Below are positions 40,860 through 50,734 of a stretch of DNA of 64,000 nucleotides, piece by piece. The translations under genes were made by a program, and so were the position numbers. The DNA comes from Trypanosoma brucei (taxonomy: Eukaryota). The stretch covers positions 2,720,001-2,784,000 of the forward strand of contig CH464491.1 of NCBI GenBank assembly GCA_000002445.1. The letters are read 5' to 3'. Every line of letters begins with the position of its first letter. Position 1 is the first letter of the stretch. A model generated the notes under the pieces. It was not told the DNA's origin, ran no database searches, and saw only the letters and a program-made list of their open reading frames with translations.

Positions 40860-41215
40860 TTAAATACGACTCGGAGAAAAATGAGAGGGAAAATGAATTG
40901 AAAAAGTAAAAAGTGGTAGGAGAAAAAACAGATGACGAAAAACAAAAGAAAGAGAGATGAAAAGAAAGCGAAACGAAAATAGCATAAAATTGTAAATGAA
41001 GCATAATTAACGAAAAGAGATGGAGAAAAGTAAAAGAGAAAGAAAAGAGGTTGTTGAGAAGGGTCGGAGCATATTCCCGAATTAATACACGTTTCTTTAC
41101 TCCTGGGGCGCGGCAAGGAAGGAGTGTGGACGAAAGGAAAAGGAAGAGGAGTAGGATGAAAAAGGAAGCTCTGAAGAAGGAAGAGAGTAGAAAGAATCAG
41201 GCCAAAGGCAAGAGT
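40860..41215 (+). repeat. Polypurine (GA-rich) tract of about 350 bp on the sense strand of an intergenic spacer
   Basis: Direct reading: almost exclusively A/G (gagaaaaatgagagggaaaatgaattgaaaaagtaaaaagtggtaggagaaaaaacagatgacgaaaaacaaaagaaagagagatgaaaagaaagcgaaacgaaaatag...). Confidence 0.8.
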
Positions 41216-42020
41216 TAATCATGGCATTGTGTGCATGTTGTTCATGCAGTAAAACGCATTGTTCGCTCTGTTTTGTTAGTTCGTAGCTGAGTTAAGACGG
41301 AAAGCTATGGGTCGAAGGTGGTGAGATTTTTGGGGTGCGGCGTCTGGGTACACACATGTAAAACGGTGGTCTATTGTTGGATCCCCCTCCTTCCCACTTC
41401 TCTCCAAAAGCTGTTGGAAATGAGAGTTACCGGTGGCATGTCGGTGTAACGAAAAAATGAAAGAAAAGGAGAGGAGGGGGAGGGGAGGATTAGGAGGTTC
41501 AGTTGGCTTGGGAGAAGTGATGGCGGGGAACATGTAGGGTTAATCTGTAACATCTTTTTTGATTTTCTTCTCCCTTTTCTCAGCGATTTTGTCATGCCGC
41601 TCTCGGTAGTGGCGGTGGTGACAGCGACGTTCGACTGTCACCATATTTTCCGCTCACTCCCGTTGTGAAAAATTAAAGGGATTGTCCACCGCTGGTGAGA
41701 CTGTTCTTTGCACGGGGCACATTCATATCAAAATAGCGATGGCGGCACACACTTGGGTACGCAAGGCGTTCTTTGCTGTTTATGTGTGTGAACCAGGGAG
41801 GGCTTCAAGCACGTATACATATTTCTTTTCTGTAGCGTGAAGGAAACAACTCAAATTGGTGATCATTTCATGCACATTGCCGTCCTCAAAACCTTGCACT
41901 TACTCTCTCATCGCTTCGGTTTCCCTCGCGACAGTGCACTCACCCTGACACAGTGATTATTTGGATCACGTTGTGTCCTCCGTACAATGTTGTATCGTTA
42001 CCACAATGATGGTTACCGCC

Positions 42021-42110
42021 ACTTTCTGCTTCCTTTTTCTTCCTTTTTTTTGCGGTTTTGATGATACCTGAAGTGTGTGTTTCCGTTCGCTCGGGAGTTT
42101 TTTTTTAAAT
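42021..42110 (+). promoter_or_regulatory. Polypyrimidine tracts, a candidate trans-splicing signal for the gene starting at 42563
   Basis: ctttctgcttcctttttcttccttttttttgcggttttg, with a second T-run at 42095-42106. Confidence 0.4.
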
Positions 42111-42562
42111 TGTTGTACTTTAGGGCACAAGTGTCACACTCGTTTCTAACTTCTTTCATGTTCCCTTCTCGTACCCTCTTCCTCCTCTACGTCACCTCTT
42201 TTGTTGTTGTTGTTTTTTTTGAATGTCAGTGCTTTGGTGAAGGAATTTTGAAGGGAGTTATTTAAAATAAAGAGAAAATATAATTATTTGTCTTCCTTTT
42301 TATAATTACTGGCGTTTTCCTCTATTATACTGTGTTGTATAACATGCTGCCGTACATTTTTCTCCAGGTTTTTTTGTTTTCTTGTAATTTGTGCAGGACG
42401 TGGACCTCTAGGAGGGGAGCGGGAACTGTCTGTATTGACACATAGCTTAGGCACACAGCGTTTAAAAAAAAAAACGAATAACCTCGAGCTGTCCTTCCAG
42501 TTGACTTATTTTGATAAGTACATACAAATTTGTATTTATATTACTAGTTTGAGCAGGGGGAA

Positions 42563-43564
42563 ATGCTTCGTCTGTCGTCATGGAATCTGAAGTCTCAACA
42601 TCACAATGTATTGAGGCGCAGTCGCCCTCACATACACAAGTACCGTGAATTGAATCGGTGGCAGAGACAAGCTCAAGGAATCAGCAAGTGGGATCAGTCA
42701 CATTCCCATCGACCGCTTCCGTACGTTGAGCGCTTCAACCCCGAAAGCGTTGGGTTAACACGCGGAACCTCTGCCTTTGCTTGGAAGTGGTGGCATACAC
42801 AATACCCGTGGTTACCTAATGTACCACCAGAGGCTGCACAAATAGATGAGGCACAGAAACAGGAAAGGAGGTCCCACCGCCCACCGGCATGGGACGATGA
42901 ATTTGCAAAAGTTGTATTGAACATGAATGACGCAGAGATCCGGGAGTATCTTATGAGTAAACTAACTGACGTGATCTTTTTGGAGACGCAGCGGGATGGA
43001 TATGAGCTTCGGCGGCTCGATTTCGAAGGGAAGCCACTCACATCACTTCCGGAGCCAAGGATTATCGAAAATTTTGTACTGGAGGAAGAAACGATTCGGG
43101 AGCGTGTCATTTACCAGGTAGTGGAAGGCGTTTTTCGCCTCAGCCCCACTTCGGCCGACAGGCGTGAACTGCGAAGTGTAGCGAACATCATTGATTATGT
43201 CCTTACGCATGTGCGGGCCGCGCGCCCAACGGACCGAGAACGAAGACAAGAACGACCCATCACCTCAGCGGCACTGGCGGTCATGCAGAAGTGCCCCATT
43301 CAACCACAACTGGGCTTTGTCCATGCATTGCCTCATGACACACGGGACGCGTTGCTTCAAGAGTGGGAGCGTATGCACCATCTTGATTGGCAGTTCGGGA
43401 AAGCAGTCTACACGCCGCGAAGCAAGGAAAATGTGCGCGGGAATCTTACATGGCTTCGGGAAGACCGACACTACGACCAGCGGATGAAGTTCATGCAAGA
43501 AGTGGAAAGTGGAGAGGCGAGAGCGAAACATATGAAATTGATAGCGGCAGCAGCGGGTAACTAG
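42563..43564 (+). CDS. Hypothetical protein (333 aa) with an N-terminal mitochondrial-presequence-like region
   Basis: The N-terminus MLRLSSWNLKSQHHNVLRRSRPHIHKYRELNRW is Arg-rich with no acidic residues. The rest is Trp/Arg-rich. A polypyrimidine tract at 42021-42110 lies upstream. Confidence 0.5.
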   Translation: MLRLSSWNLKSQHHNVLRRSRPHIHKYRELNRWQRQAQGISKWDQSHSHRPLPYVERFNPESVGLTRGTSAFAWKWWHTQYPWLPNVPPEAAQIDEAQKQERRSHRPPAWDDEFAKVVLNMNDAEIREYLMSKLTDVIFLETQRDGYELRRLDFEGKPLTSLPEPRIIENFVLEEETIRERVIYQVVEGVFRLSPTSADRRELRSVANIIDYVLTHVRAARPTDRERRQERPITSAALAVMQKCPIQPQLGFVHALPHDTRDALLQEWERMHHLDWQFGKAVYTPRSKENVRGNLTWLREDRHYDQRMKFMQEVESGEARAKHMKLIAAAAGN

Positions 43565-43964
43565 CGTCTAGCAAGGTTGTGGAGGGCAGCGGTAGTAGGT
43601 GAAGGGAGAAACTTTGGTCAGGAACACTGCAGAGCTGAAAGGTTGTGAAGGTGCCTTCTTCCTCTTTGCATATTGCAGGTTAGCGCACGTGTGAAGAGGA
43701 AAAGGGGGGAAAGGGTTGCCGTCTGAACTGTCGTTCTATTTTGATGGGTCTAACAAATAAAGCTCTTTGTTTTGTTGTTGTTATTTTCATGTGGTGATGG
43801 ATAAACAGCCTCTGCTTTACGCTTACACCGAACTACTCTCTCTTCTTGGTCAAACTTCTCCCCCCATCCTTCTTGTTTCGTGGGAGCAGAGGCATCGTGC
43901 CGACGCGTGGAGAGAATAGCAAAACGAACATTGGACTGCAAAGAAACGAAGCAATAAGCAAAGA

Positions 43965-46610
43965 ATGTCTCAATTTGCGACCCTGTCTGATCAAGAAGGA
44001 ACACACACGCATGCAGCACAGGAAGAGCCTGTCGACTCGGACGCGCATGTGGGGAGTGTCATGCCTGCCGTTGATTTGGAGCAGCTTCAACTCATAGAGC
44101 TGTGCTTTGGCGAGCATGAGTTTGGTGTGGTCCTTGACAGCGATAATACTACGGAGCATGATACCGAAGGCGAATGTATTAGCGCCGGTGCCAACTATGT
44201 CAATGCTTCGGATGACGCGGAGCAGATGGATTTTGAGCATCACAACGAACCCGGTGAAACAATGTTAGCAGCCTTCGAATTTGACCCTGTGCAGTTTGTC
44301 CAGAACAAACTAAGTCATGGTGTGCCACTAGACGATTTGTGCCGGGATCTTGAGACGTATATGTCACTGCTGAACAAGATTATTTTGCGCCACGTGAACA
44401 CGGATGTGCACGACGCTTTTGTAAAGGTGTCTGGACATCTTGTAGGGATGCAAGATGACCTACGCCTTGTGCAGCACCCTGTGGCTGTAGCTGTGAAGAA
44501 GGTAGAAGAAAACATAGCGAAACTCAATGAAATGGAGAATACGGTAACTAGTCAGATCGCAGAGGCAACCGAACTGGAGCTGATGCGTATATTCGACGTG
44601 AACTTCTTAAAGGTACTGTTGCTGTACGATCACCTCTGTGTGCAGCTGGAGGCGCTCCCTCCTGCATTACTCTCTCCAGATGATGAAAGCTCCCTGCGGC
44701 AACGCCACTTTAAGGATAAACCTTCTCGGGCCGTGGCTGTTTCGGCAAGCAGTGAACACCTGCACGAGGCGCTCCAAGACATCTCTGGTTTAGTACGGCA
44801 ACTGAAGTCTCTCAAACACATGATCCCGCCTCTTCCTCAGCGGGGGCAGGAGTGTGCAGAGCTGGATCAAATTTTGAGCAGTGCTTTGCAGATGGTCCAC
44901 CGCGTTCTTGCGCGAGCGTACCTTGCGGTGTATGAGGAATGCACTTTACTTCCTAGTGATGAACTAGAAAAATCACTGTTGAATATTATGCTGGTATACA
45001 AGGCGATGGATGAGGTTCATGAGTTTTGCCGAATGTACCGTGAGCGAATCCTTCGACCACTTCTCGAGTCGGTACTCTCATGGCGCGCTGCTACGCAGGC
45101 ACGCCACAGTTTGGTGGAGACAATAAACCTGCTTAGCACACTCCGACATCGGTTGGAAAAAGACGTCCTGCCGTTTGTTTCGCTGTTGCGTGAGGCATTT
45201 GGTGCAGAACTTTTACCGATCCCAACGGTTGTCTGCCCTATTGTGTTCGAGTCGCTTCTGAAAAGGATGATATCACTTTACGATTCAGGAGACCCAGATG
45301 CCTTTCAACAGCGCTATGTGGCGGCTCATGAGGTGCTCCATCTTATGAAAAAGAATTGTGTTTCGGATGAGGAATTGCGAGCACTGTTGCGATCACCTGA
45401 TGTGGTGTTGTGGGAGCAGAGGTGGAACACAGATGTCTACAGTGCTATGCGAGTGAATGCTCTGACAAAACGGCTGGACGCAGCAATGTCAGAGTTTATT
45501 ACACTAACATCAGAGCAGCATGCGGAAACGATAGATGGGTTACAATTGCGAGAGGAGTCGAACACTGAAGGCACGGTGGCGAAAGTTGTATTCCGCATAG
45601 GTCTTTTCTCTCGGCTGAGGGAACTCATTGAGTGGCTCTTCTCCCCAGAGGTTTACATCTACGTTGTGACACCTAAGTATCTCCGCGAGGTTGCAAACGC
45701 CACTCGCCGTGTCGCAAAGGCCATAATTGAACAGAGCACAGCCACACGCACCGTCAGCTCTTTGCGAGATTGGTTATGCGTCGTGATGACTGCTTGTTCA
45801 GACTTCACACAGCTTGCTGAATACCTTGAGGGTCCATTTAGTAGGCACATATGTACTGTCAGTCAAGATACCCTTACGGGGCCGTCGTGCTCGCAGTTTC
45901 TGCAGTTGCTCGTCCAAGGGACATGTCATGGGACTGTGAAGCAGCTTCATCAACTTGTACAATCACGTGTGGTAGAGACTTGCGCTGTCGGATTGCAAAA
46001 TATTCGCTCTGTCAAGTCAGCCTACGCGCACACACGCAAGCCACTCCCTACAGCACCATCATGGTACGTAACGAGCATTGTTGAGCCTATACAGCGATTT
46101 GCTGAAGAACTTCAACGGGGCCTGTCACCTGAAACATGGCAGGAGGTAATAATTGACGTAGTGACCGATGTGCTGAAGATGTTTCGCAATATCGCAAGGG
46201 ACACACTAGTAACAGCGAAGAAAACAGAGGAGAGCTGGGGGAAACTGAGACGTCGCAAAGAGCTGACGTCTAGTGGTGGTGACGCCCGTACTGGTGGAAT
46301 GGAGACAACAACTCAAGAGGGGGCTTCGTTATCTCCATCTTCTCCCGTCACCGGTACCAGTGCGAACACGCGACCAACAGCGGAGACAGCAACAGATCGG
46401 GACAAGATGACGTTACAATTGTACCTTGATGCTATAGCACTTATTAATAATATCGAAGGATTGCTGGAATCGCAGTGCGATGGTGAGGAAAGTGTCAAAA
46501 TTCGGGAGCTTCCGCCCGTTGAGGCGATTCACAAACTTTTGCAGCGGGCTAAGTGGATACTGGGTGACGATGTGCGGGAGCCCCCGGATATTGACGAAAC
46601 TGACGAGTAG
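43965..46610 (+). CDS. Conserved oligomeric Golgi complex subunit 2 (COG2)-like protein
   Basis: The N-terminal block FEFDPVQFVQNKLSHGVPLDDLCRDLETYMSLLNKIILRHVNTDVHDAFVKVSGHLVGMQDDL follows the COG2 N-domain consensus (FD...F......L..L..DL......L...L..LIN.DY.DFV.LS..LVG.D..). The remainder is long and alpha-helical. Confidence 0.5.
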   Translation: MSQFATLSDQEGTHTHAAQEEPVDSDAHVGSVMPAVDLEQLQLIELCFGEHEFGVVLDSDNTTEHDTEGECISAGANYVNASDDAEQMDFEHHNEPGETMLAAFEFDPVQFVQNKLSHGVPLDDLCRDLETYMSLLNKIILRHVNTDVHDAFVKVSGHLVGMQDDLRLVQHPVAVAVKKVEENIAKLNEMENTVTSQIAEATELELMRIFDVNFLKVLLLYDHLCVQLEALPPALLSPDDESSLRQRHFKDKPSRAVAVSASSEHLHEALQDISGLVRQLKSLKHMIPPLPQRGQECAELDQILSSALQMVHRVLARAYLAVYEECTLLPSDELEKSLLNIMLVYKAMDEVHEFCRMYRERILRPLLESVLSWRAATQARHSLVETINLLSTLRHRLEKDVLPFVSLLREAFGAELLPIPTVVCPIVFESLLKRMISLYDSGDPDAFQQRYVAAHEVLHLMKKNCVSDEELRALLRSPDVVLWEQRWNTDVYSAMRVNALTKRLDAAMSEFITLTSEQHAETIDGLQLREESNTEGTVAKVVFRIGLFSRLRELIEWLFSPEVYIYVVTPKYLREVANATRRVAKAIIEQSTATRTVSSLRDWLCVVMTACSDFTQLAEYLEGPFSRHICTVSQDTLTGPSCSQFLQLLVQGTCHGTVKQLHQLVQSRVVETCAVGLQNIRSVKSAYAHTRKPLPTAPSWYVTSIVEPIQRFAEELQRGLSPETWQEVIIDVVTDVLKMFRNIARDTLVTAKKTEESWGKLRRRKELTSSGGDARTGGMETTTQEGASLSPSSPVTGTSANTRPTAETATDRDKMTLQLYLDAIALINNIEGLLESQCDGEESVKIRELPPVEAIHKLLQRAKWILGDDVREPPDIDETDE

Positions 46611-47043
46611 CGCAGCTGGAATTGCAATGCGAGTGAAGAAAGGGGTTGTTTGCTGTAACCGAGCTCCTGTGTGAGCCCAACTGCTTTCGTTGTGTGTCTG
46701 GGTGTACCAGTGGGAAAGCTACTTGAGGGACCCAACGGCGCCGTTTGTCTGAGTAGGTACAACCGTGCGTCCCCTCTTCGAATACGTGTTGGTGCGACTG
46801 CCCTGAGTTGTTTGGACCTGTATACCCAAATCTGAAGGTTGTCTTCCGAAGAGGAACCATACCTTTTGTTTTTCCCGCTCTCGTTAGCCTTTTTCGATAA
46901 TCCCTTTAGCTTACTGCCGAGCAGTGGGAACCGGGCGTTTGTGAGAGCAAAGAAGCGCAAGCACTCGGGCAGCCGATCACATTTTTTTGCAGGAAACAAG
47001 GACAGTTGAGTGGTTGTGAATACACAGAATATCCCGTCACCCC

Positions 47044-48765
47044 ATGACTTATCGTGTACTGGGCTCACCGTATGCACTGCTATTTCATCAGCACGTAGCG
47101 TACCTGCGATTGAAGCGCTTACCCTTCAAGGTGTACTGCCGCACGTTTGCCACAACCTTGTTCTATGCATGGGTGTTCCGAGCCCGTAACTCCTTTTGCA
47201 CCGTTGCCCCAAACGGTAAGTCGTACCTGCAGTTATGGCAGCTTGTTTCTGCTGTTGAACGAAGTGGCATCCGTCAGTCGAAGAGTTTCCCCTCATGCGG
47301 TAAAGCAACCGTGGCCGAAGAAGAAAATGACATCCAGTTCGTAATAGACCGGCACAAACACCCTAACATTCACATGGTTAATTGGGTTATTGTCCTTTAC
47401 TCTTCCTGGTGGTTGGCCAAGACAGGGGCGATGTACCGCTGGGTTGAAGGTGATGGCATTGACACCATAGAAGGGTACCTTCGGTACTTCTTTCTTGTCC
47501 CTGGGGTTGGCGCGGCGCGCGCTATTGCCGGGTCTTTCAAGCAAGCGATACAAAAGGTCACGTCGGTTACGGGGGTCTCCAAAGAGACGGCCCCCTACAT
47601 GAAGGAGCACTTCTTCCGTTTATGCGATGCTCTTGAGGTCCACTTTCAGGAGCAAACAAAGAGAGGGGATGGTAGCCTGCAAGTCTCCTTTCTTCTGGGA
47701 ACACCACACCCCACATTGGCGGATGTTGCATTCGGATCGGTGTTTTCCGCCAATTTCCTTATGGATGATCCCCCAGCGTCAGTAATTGCTCAGAAGTATC
47801 CGCATCTGAACTGCTATTTGGAGGCAGTGACGGGCTGGAAAGGCGGTGTTTTTGTTGGAGATGACGGTGCTGCAGGGGCAGGGGGTGTCGTGGCGCGTGG
47901 CATGAAAGAAGGCGATACTGACGAGTGCTCCACTTACTTGGATGTTGTTCCCGACTCCCTCTTCCCCGTGCTTAAGTTAGTGGAGGAGGTGCTTCCGTTT
48001 ATGTTATCGCAGTGTGAGGCTTTTCATGCTTACATGGTAGGCGACGGTGTGCGCGGTTTAAAGAAAGAACGCTTGGAAGGGCCTTGGGAAGGTTGTAGTG
48101 GATATTTGCTATCGCAGATCACGGGTATCAAGTCCCTTATGATTATCGACAACGGTGTTTACACCGTTGCAGCCAGAGCACAGGACTTGGAAGTGGCGCT
48201 GTTGGCTGCACGAGAGGTCGTAGGCAACGACGACGAAGACGGTGGTGGTGGTGGTGGTGGAAACGGTAACGACTCAGTGATTTCGACGAATAGCGAAGAA
48301 TGTCGTGGTGAAACTGCACATGTGTTCTCGCGGTGCGCTGAAGATGCAGCTAAACAAAGCGGCTGCCCAGGAGGAACTTTCTCGGCTGTTGAGGAAGTTC
48401 AACCAAATACAAGGGAAGGCAGTGGTGTTGTACCGAGCATCGCTTCGGTTGTCGATGTTACGCACGAGGGGCACAGCAACGACCACACCGACTCTGACGG
48501 TGCCGATTTCCACCGAGTCTTCACTTCTGCAAGTGGGCGCTCCCGTAGTGTATTACTCCACCCTCGTCACTCAGGGCAGGTAGCACAATCTATGATGGAT
48601 AGTTGCCTCTTTCGGCTGCGTGATATACTAAGGAAGATGCATCACCCACACTACACATTGTCTAGCGTTTTCCACGGACGTAAGATGTTTGTCGCCGTCA
48701 TTCCCGAGTGTGAAGTAATCGAGTCGCGGAAACGAAAGGGGAACACTTCGACGATTGTTGTCTGA
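47044..48765 (+). CDS. Hypothetical protein with a GST C-terminal-like (thioredoxin-fold/metaxin-like) region and a poly-Gly/Asp insert
   Basis: HFFRLCDALEVHFQEQ...FLLGTPHPTLADVAFGSVFSANFLM...KYPHLNCYLEAV resembles the GST_C helix bundle. (GGT)n at 48241-48260 encodes G8. Confidence 0.4.
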   Translation: MTYRVLGSPYALLFHQHVAYLRLKRLPFKVYCRTFATTLFYAWVFRARNSFCTVAPNGKSYLQLWQLVSAVERSGIRQSKSFPSCGKATVAEEENDIQFVIDRHKHPNIHMVNWVIVLYSSWWLAKTGAMYRWVEGDGIDTIEGYLRYFFLVPGVGAARAIAGSFKQAIQKVTSVTGVSKETAPYMKEHFFRLCDALEVHFQEQTKRGDGSLQVSFLLGTPHPTLADVAFGSVFSANFLMDDPPASVIAQKYPHLNCYLEAVTGWKGGVFVGDDGAAGAGGVVARGMKEGDTDECSTYLDVVPDSLFPVLKLVEEVLPFMLSQCEAFHAYMVGDGVRGLKKERLEGPWEGCSGYLLSQITGIKSLMIIDNGVYTVAARAQDLEVALLAAREVVGNDDEDGGGGGGGNGNDSVISTNSEECRGETAHVFSRCAEDAAKQSGCPGGTFSAVEEVQPNTREGSGVVPSIASVVDVTHEGHSNDHTDSDGADFHRVFTSASGRSRSVLLHPRHSGQVAQSMMDSCLFRLRDILRKMHHPHYTLSSVFHGRKMFVAVIPECEVIESRKRKGNTSTIVV

Positions 48766-49135
48766 GTCTTGTAAGGCCTCTGACTGTGGACCACAGGGAT
48801 CTCTATCATCATCACAGATTGACAGTTAAGAGGCTCGGAAGATTTTTTTCTTGTTTTGTGCTGTGCTTAGTATTTCATAAAAACATTGCTCGAAAGAGCA
48901 ACGGTAAGAGAAACTACAAGTGTTTTATCGACCACGGCTGCCTCGCTGTCTATTCTCGTTTTTTGTCTATCAGCTAGTTGAGTGGGGGTTGACAGCGCGA
49001 AAAGCTGTGCCAATCCGGGGGGTGTACCGGGCGTGGTAAAAGTGAATTGTAGCCCCGAAGGTGGTGAGCGCAGTTTCGAGGAGTACTGTTTGCACTGCGC
49101 GGTCATAAGAGAAAGCAAGTCGTTCCAAAGAGCGA

Positions 49136-50323
49136 TTGGGACATCTACTCACATTTGTTCACGAAAAGGAGGCGATCACTCCGTTGGGTTGGGGAATTGA
49201 TAGTATTATCACTGATCAGACGTTGGGATCCTTGATGCTTTGTCACAATCGACTGCTGCTAGTAAACAAGCAAACTCAGAAGTATCGTACGAAGTTACGC
49301 TACCGGTTCCGTCAACCGTCTGTTGTGCCGCTACGCCAAACCCTTCAGCAGCGCCACAACACGATCCTGGAAGTTCTGCGAAGACGCAGGATAAACTCCG
49401 GCGATCAGTCTCCCTATCGATACGTGGAGGAACGACTATACTCTAAACCATCGCGACTTGATCGTGAAGGTGTAAAGGTTAACAAAACGTACGCACTGCA
49501 GGGCTTAGGTGATCTGGAGCCTCTCCGGTATGGTGCGAACTTTGGGATTTCTGAAAAGGATGCGTTAAAGTACGAAACCGTGGCCGAAAAAGCGAAGTAC
49601 ATGGAACCACCTATTCCCTACAGCTCCCTCGCGGCTCGGAAGCTAGCCGCTGGTGCGTTGTGGCCTGCTGCGCCAGACCCAGAAGGGATGATAAGCAAGG
49701 AGGTTCGACTACTACGACATGAGTCAAGCATGTCCCCAAGCGCGCGTGCGTTTTCCGAAAGGGTAGCATACCACCTGCGGCGCTCGCTTAAAGCATGTCC
49801 AGGCCACATCGCTGAGCACATCGACTTTACGCAGCTTATCATACAGGAGGTGTTGGGGTCCCGTCGCTCTAAAGAAATATATATTGTTTGGTTTACTGTA
49901 GATCCCGGGGCACGCTTTGAACTGGAGCCGCGTCTGCATCAGCTCAACCACTGGGTACAACAACTTATTATTAAGAGAGTGAAGCGCCGTCCTCATATCC
50001 CACGAGTGACATGGATTTATGATGGCGGAAGGCTTGAGCGTGAGCTACCACGTGATGTTAAGCAGGAATTGCAGAGTTTCGTGGCTGACGCAGCAACAAC
50101 GCTGGAGAGTCGTGTAAAGTACTTAAAGGAACTTGACACAATGAATCAACGTATGAAGGATATACCGTGGTTTATGCCGTACTTGTGGAGCAAAGAGGAG
50201 AAGGCCGCGCGGCAGAAATCCATGCTAGCTGATCTTGAGGAGGTGGAGCGGAGGAAAAATGAACATAGTAGTGGACGAAGTGCACCGCCTCGCATGAGTC
50301 CTCCTCCTCAATTCGTTCGCTAA
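49136..50323 (+). CDS. RbfA (ribosome-binding factor A)-like protein, likely a mitochondrial small-subunit assembly factor. The N-terminus is uncertain.
   Basis: RVAYHLRRSLKACPGHIAEHIDFTQLIIQEVLGSRRSKEIYIVWFTV...LEPRLHQLNHWVQQLIIKRVKRRPHIPRVTWIYDG follows the RbfA KH-like consensus (R.......l.......tvt.V.vS.Dl..A.VYv......L...l......iR..l...l.lr..P.L.F..D). An Arg/Lys-rich presequence-like N-terminal region precedes it. Confidence 0.5.
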   Translation: MGHLLTFVHEKEAITPLGWGIDSIITDQTLGSLMLCHNRLLLVNKQTQKYRTKLRYRFRQPSVVPLRQTLQQRHNTILEVLRRRRINSGDQSPYRYVEERLYSKPSRLDREGVKVNKTYALQGLGDLEPLRYGANFGISEKDALKYETVAEKAKYMEPPIPYSSLAARKLAAGALWPAAPDPEGMISKEVRLLRHESSMSPSARAFSERVAYHLRRSLKACPGHIAEHIDFTQLIIQEVLGSRRSKEIYIVWFTVDPGARFELEPRLHQLNHWVQQLIIKRVKRRPHIPRVTWIYDGGRLERELPRDVKQELQSFVADAATTLESRVKYLKELDTMNQRMKDIPWFMPYLWSKEEKAARQKSMLADLEEVERRKNEHSSGRSAPPRMSPPPQFVR

Positions 50324-50734
50324 GACACGGACATCTGTGTGATTAACCGGATGGGGGGCTCGTTTAGTTTAGCCGCCTATCTGCGCCCTTGGTACAAGTT
50401 ATCGTACTTACCGCGTCTGCGTCGCCTCCGACACACGCGCTCGCGGGTAGACGCGCGCATGATCTCACTGTGCGTGCCAACGTTTCTCTCTATTGTCATC
50501 TTGCTGCGCACAAGTAACGAATACCGAACGTTACAAGTATTTATGCGGGTATGGGGGTGTGAGTGCGGTCAGTTGTTAAGTGGCAGCGCACAGGGGCTGT
50601 TACATATCGTCTCCTATTTTTTCTCCCAACACTTTTTTCCTCTCCCCTCCGTACATTTGAATGAGTAGTACATGAACCTTGCCGCCTGTGCTTGAGCGTC
50701 ACCAAGCAGCAGATAACAAGTCCATCCCGCACCT

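Noticed and set aside
40860-41215. Minus-strand ORFs 40777-41004 and 40823-41116, encoding F/L/S-rich peptides
   Set aside because: They are translations of the complementary polypyrimidine strand of the polypurine tract and are not genes.
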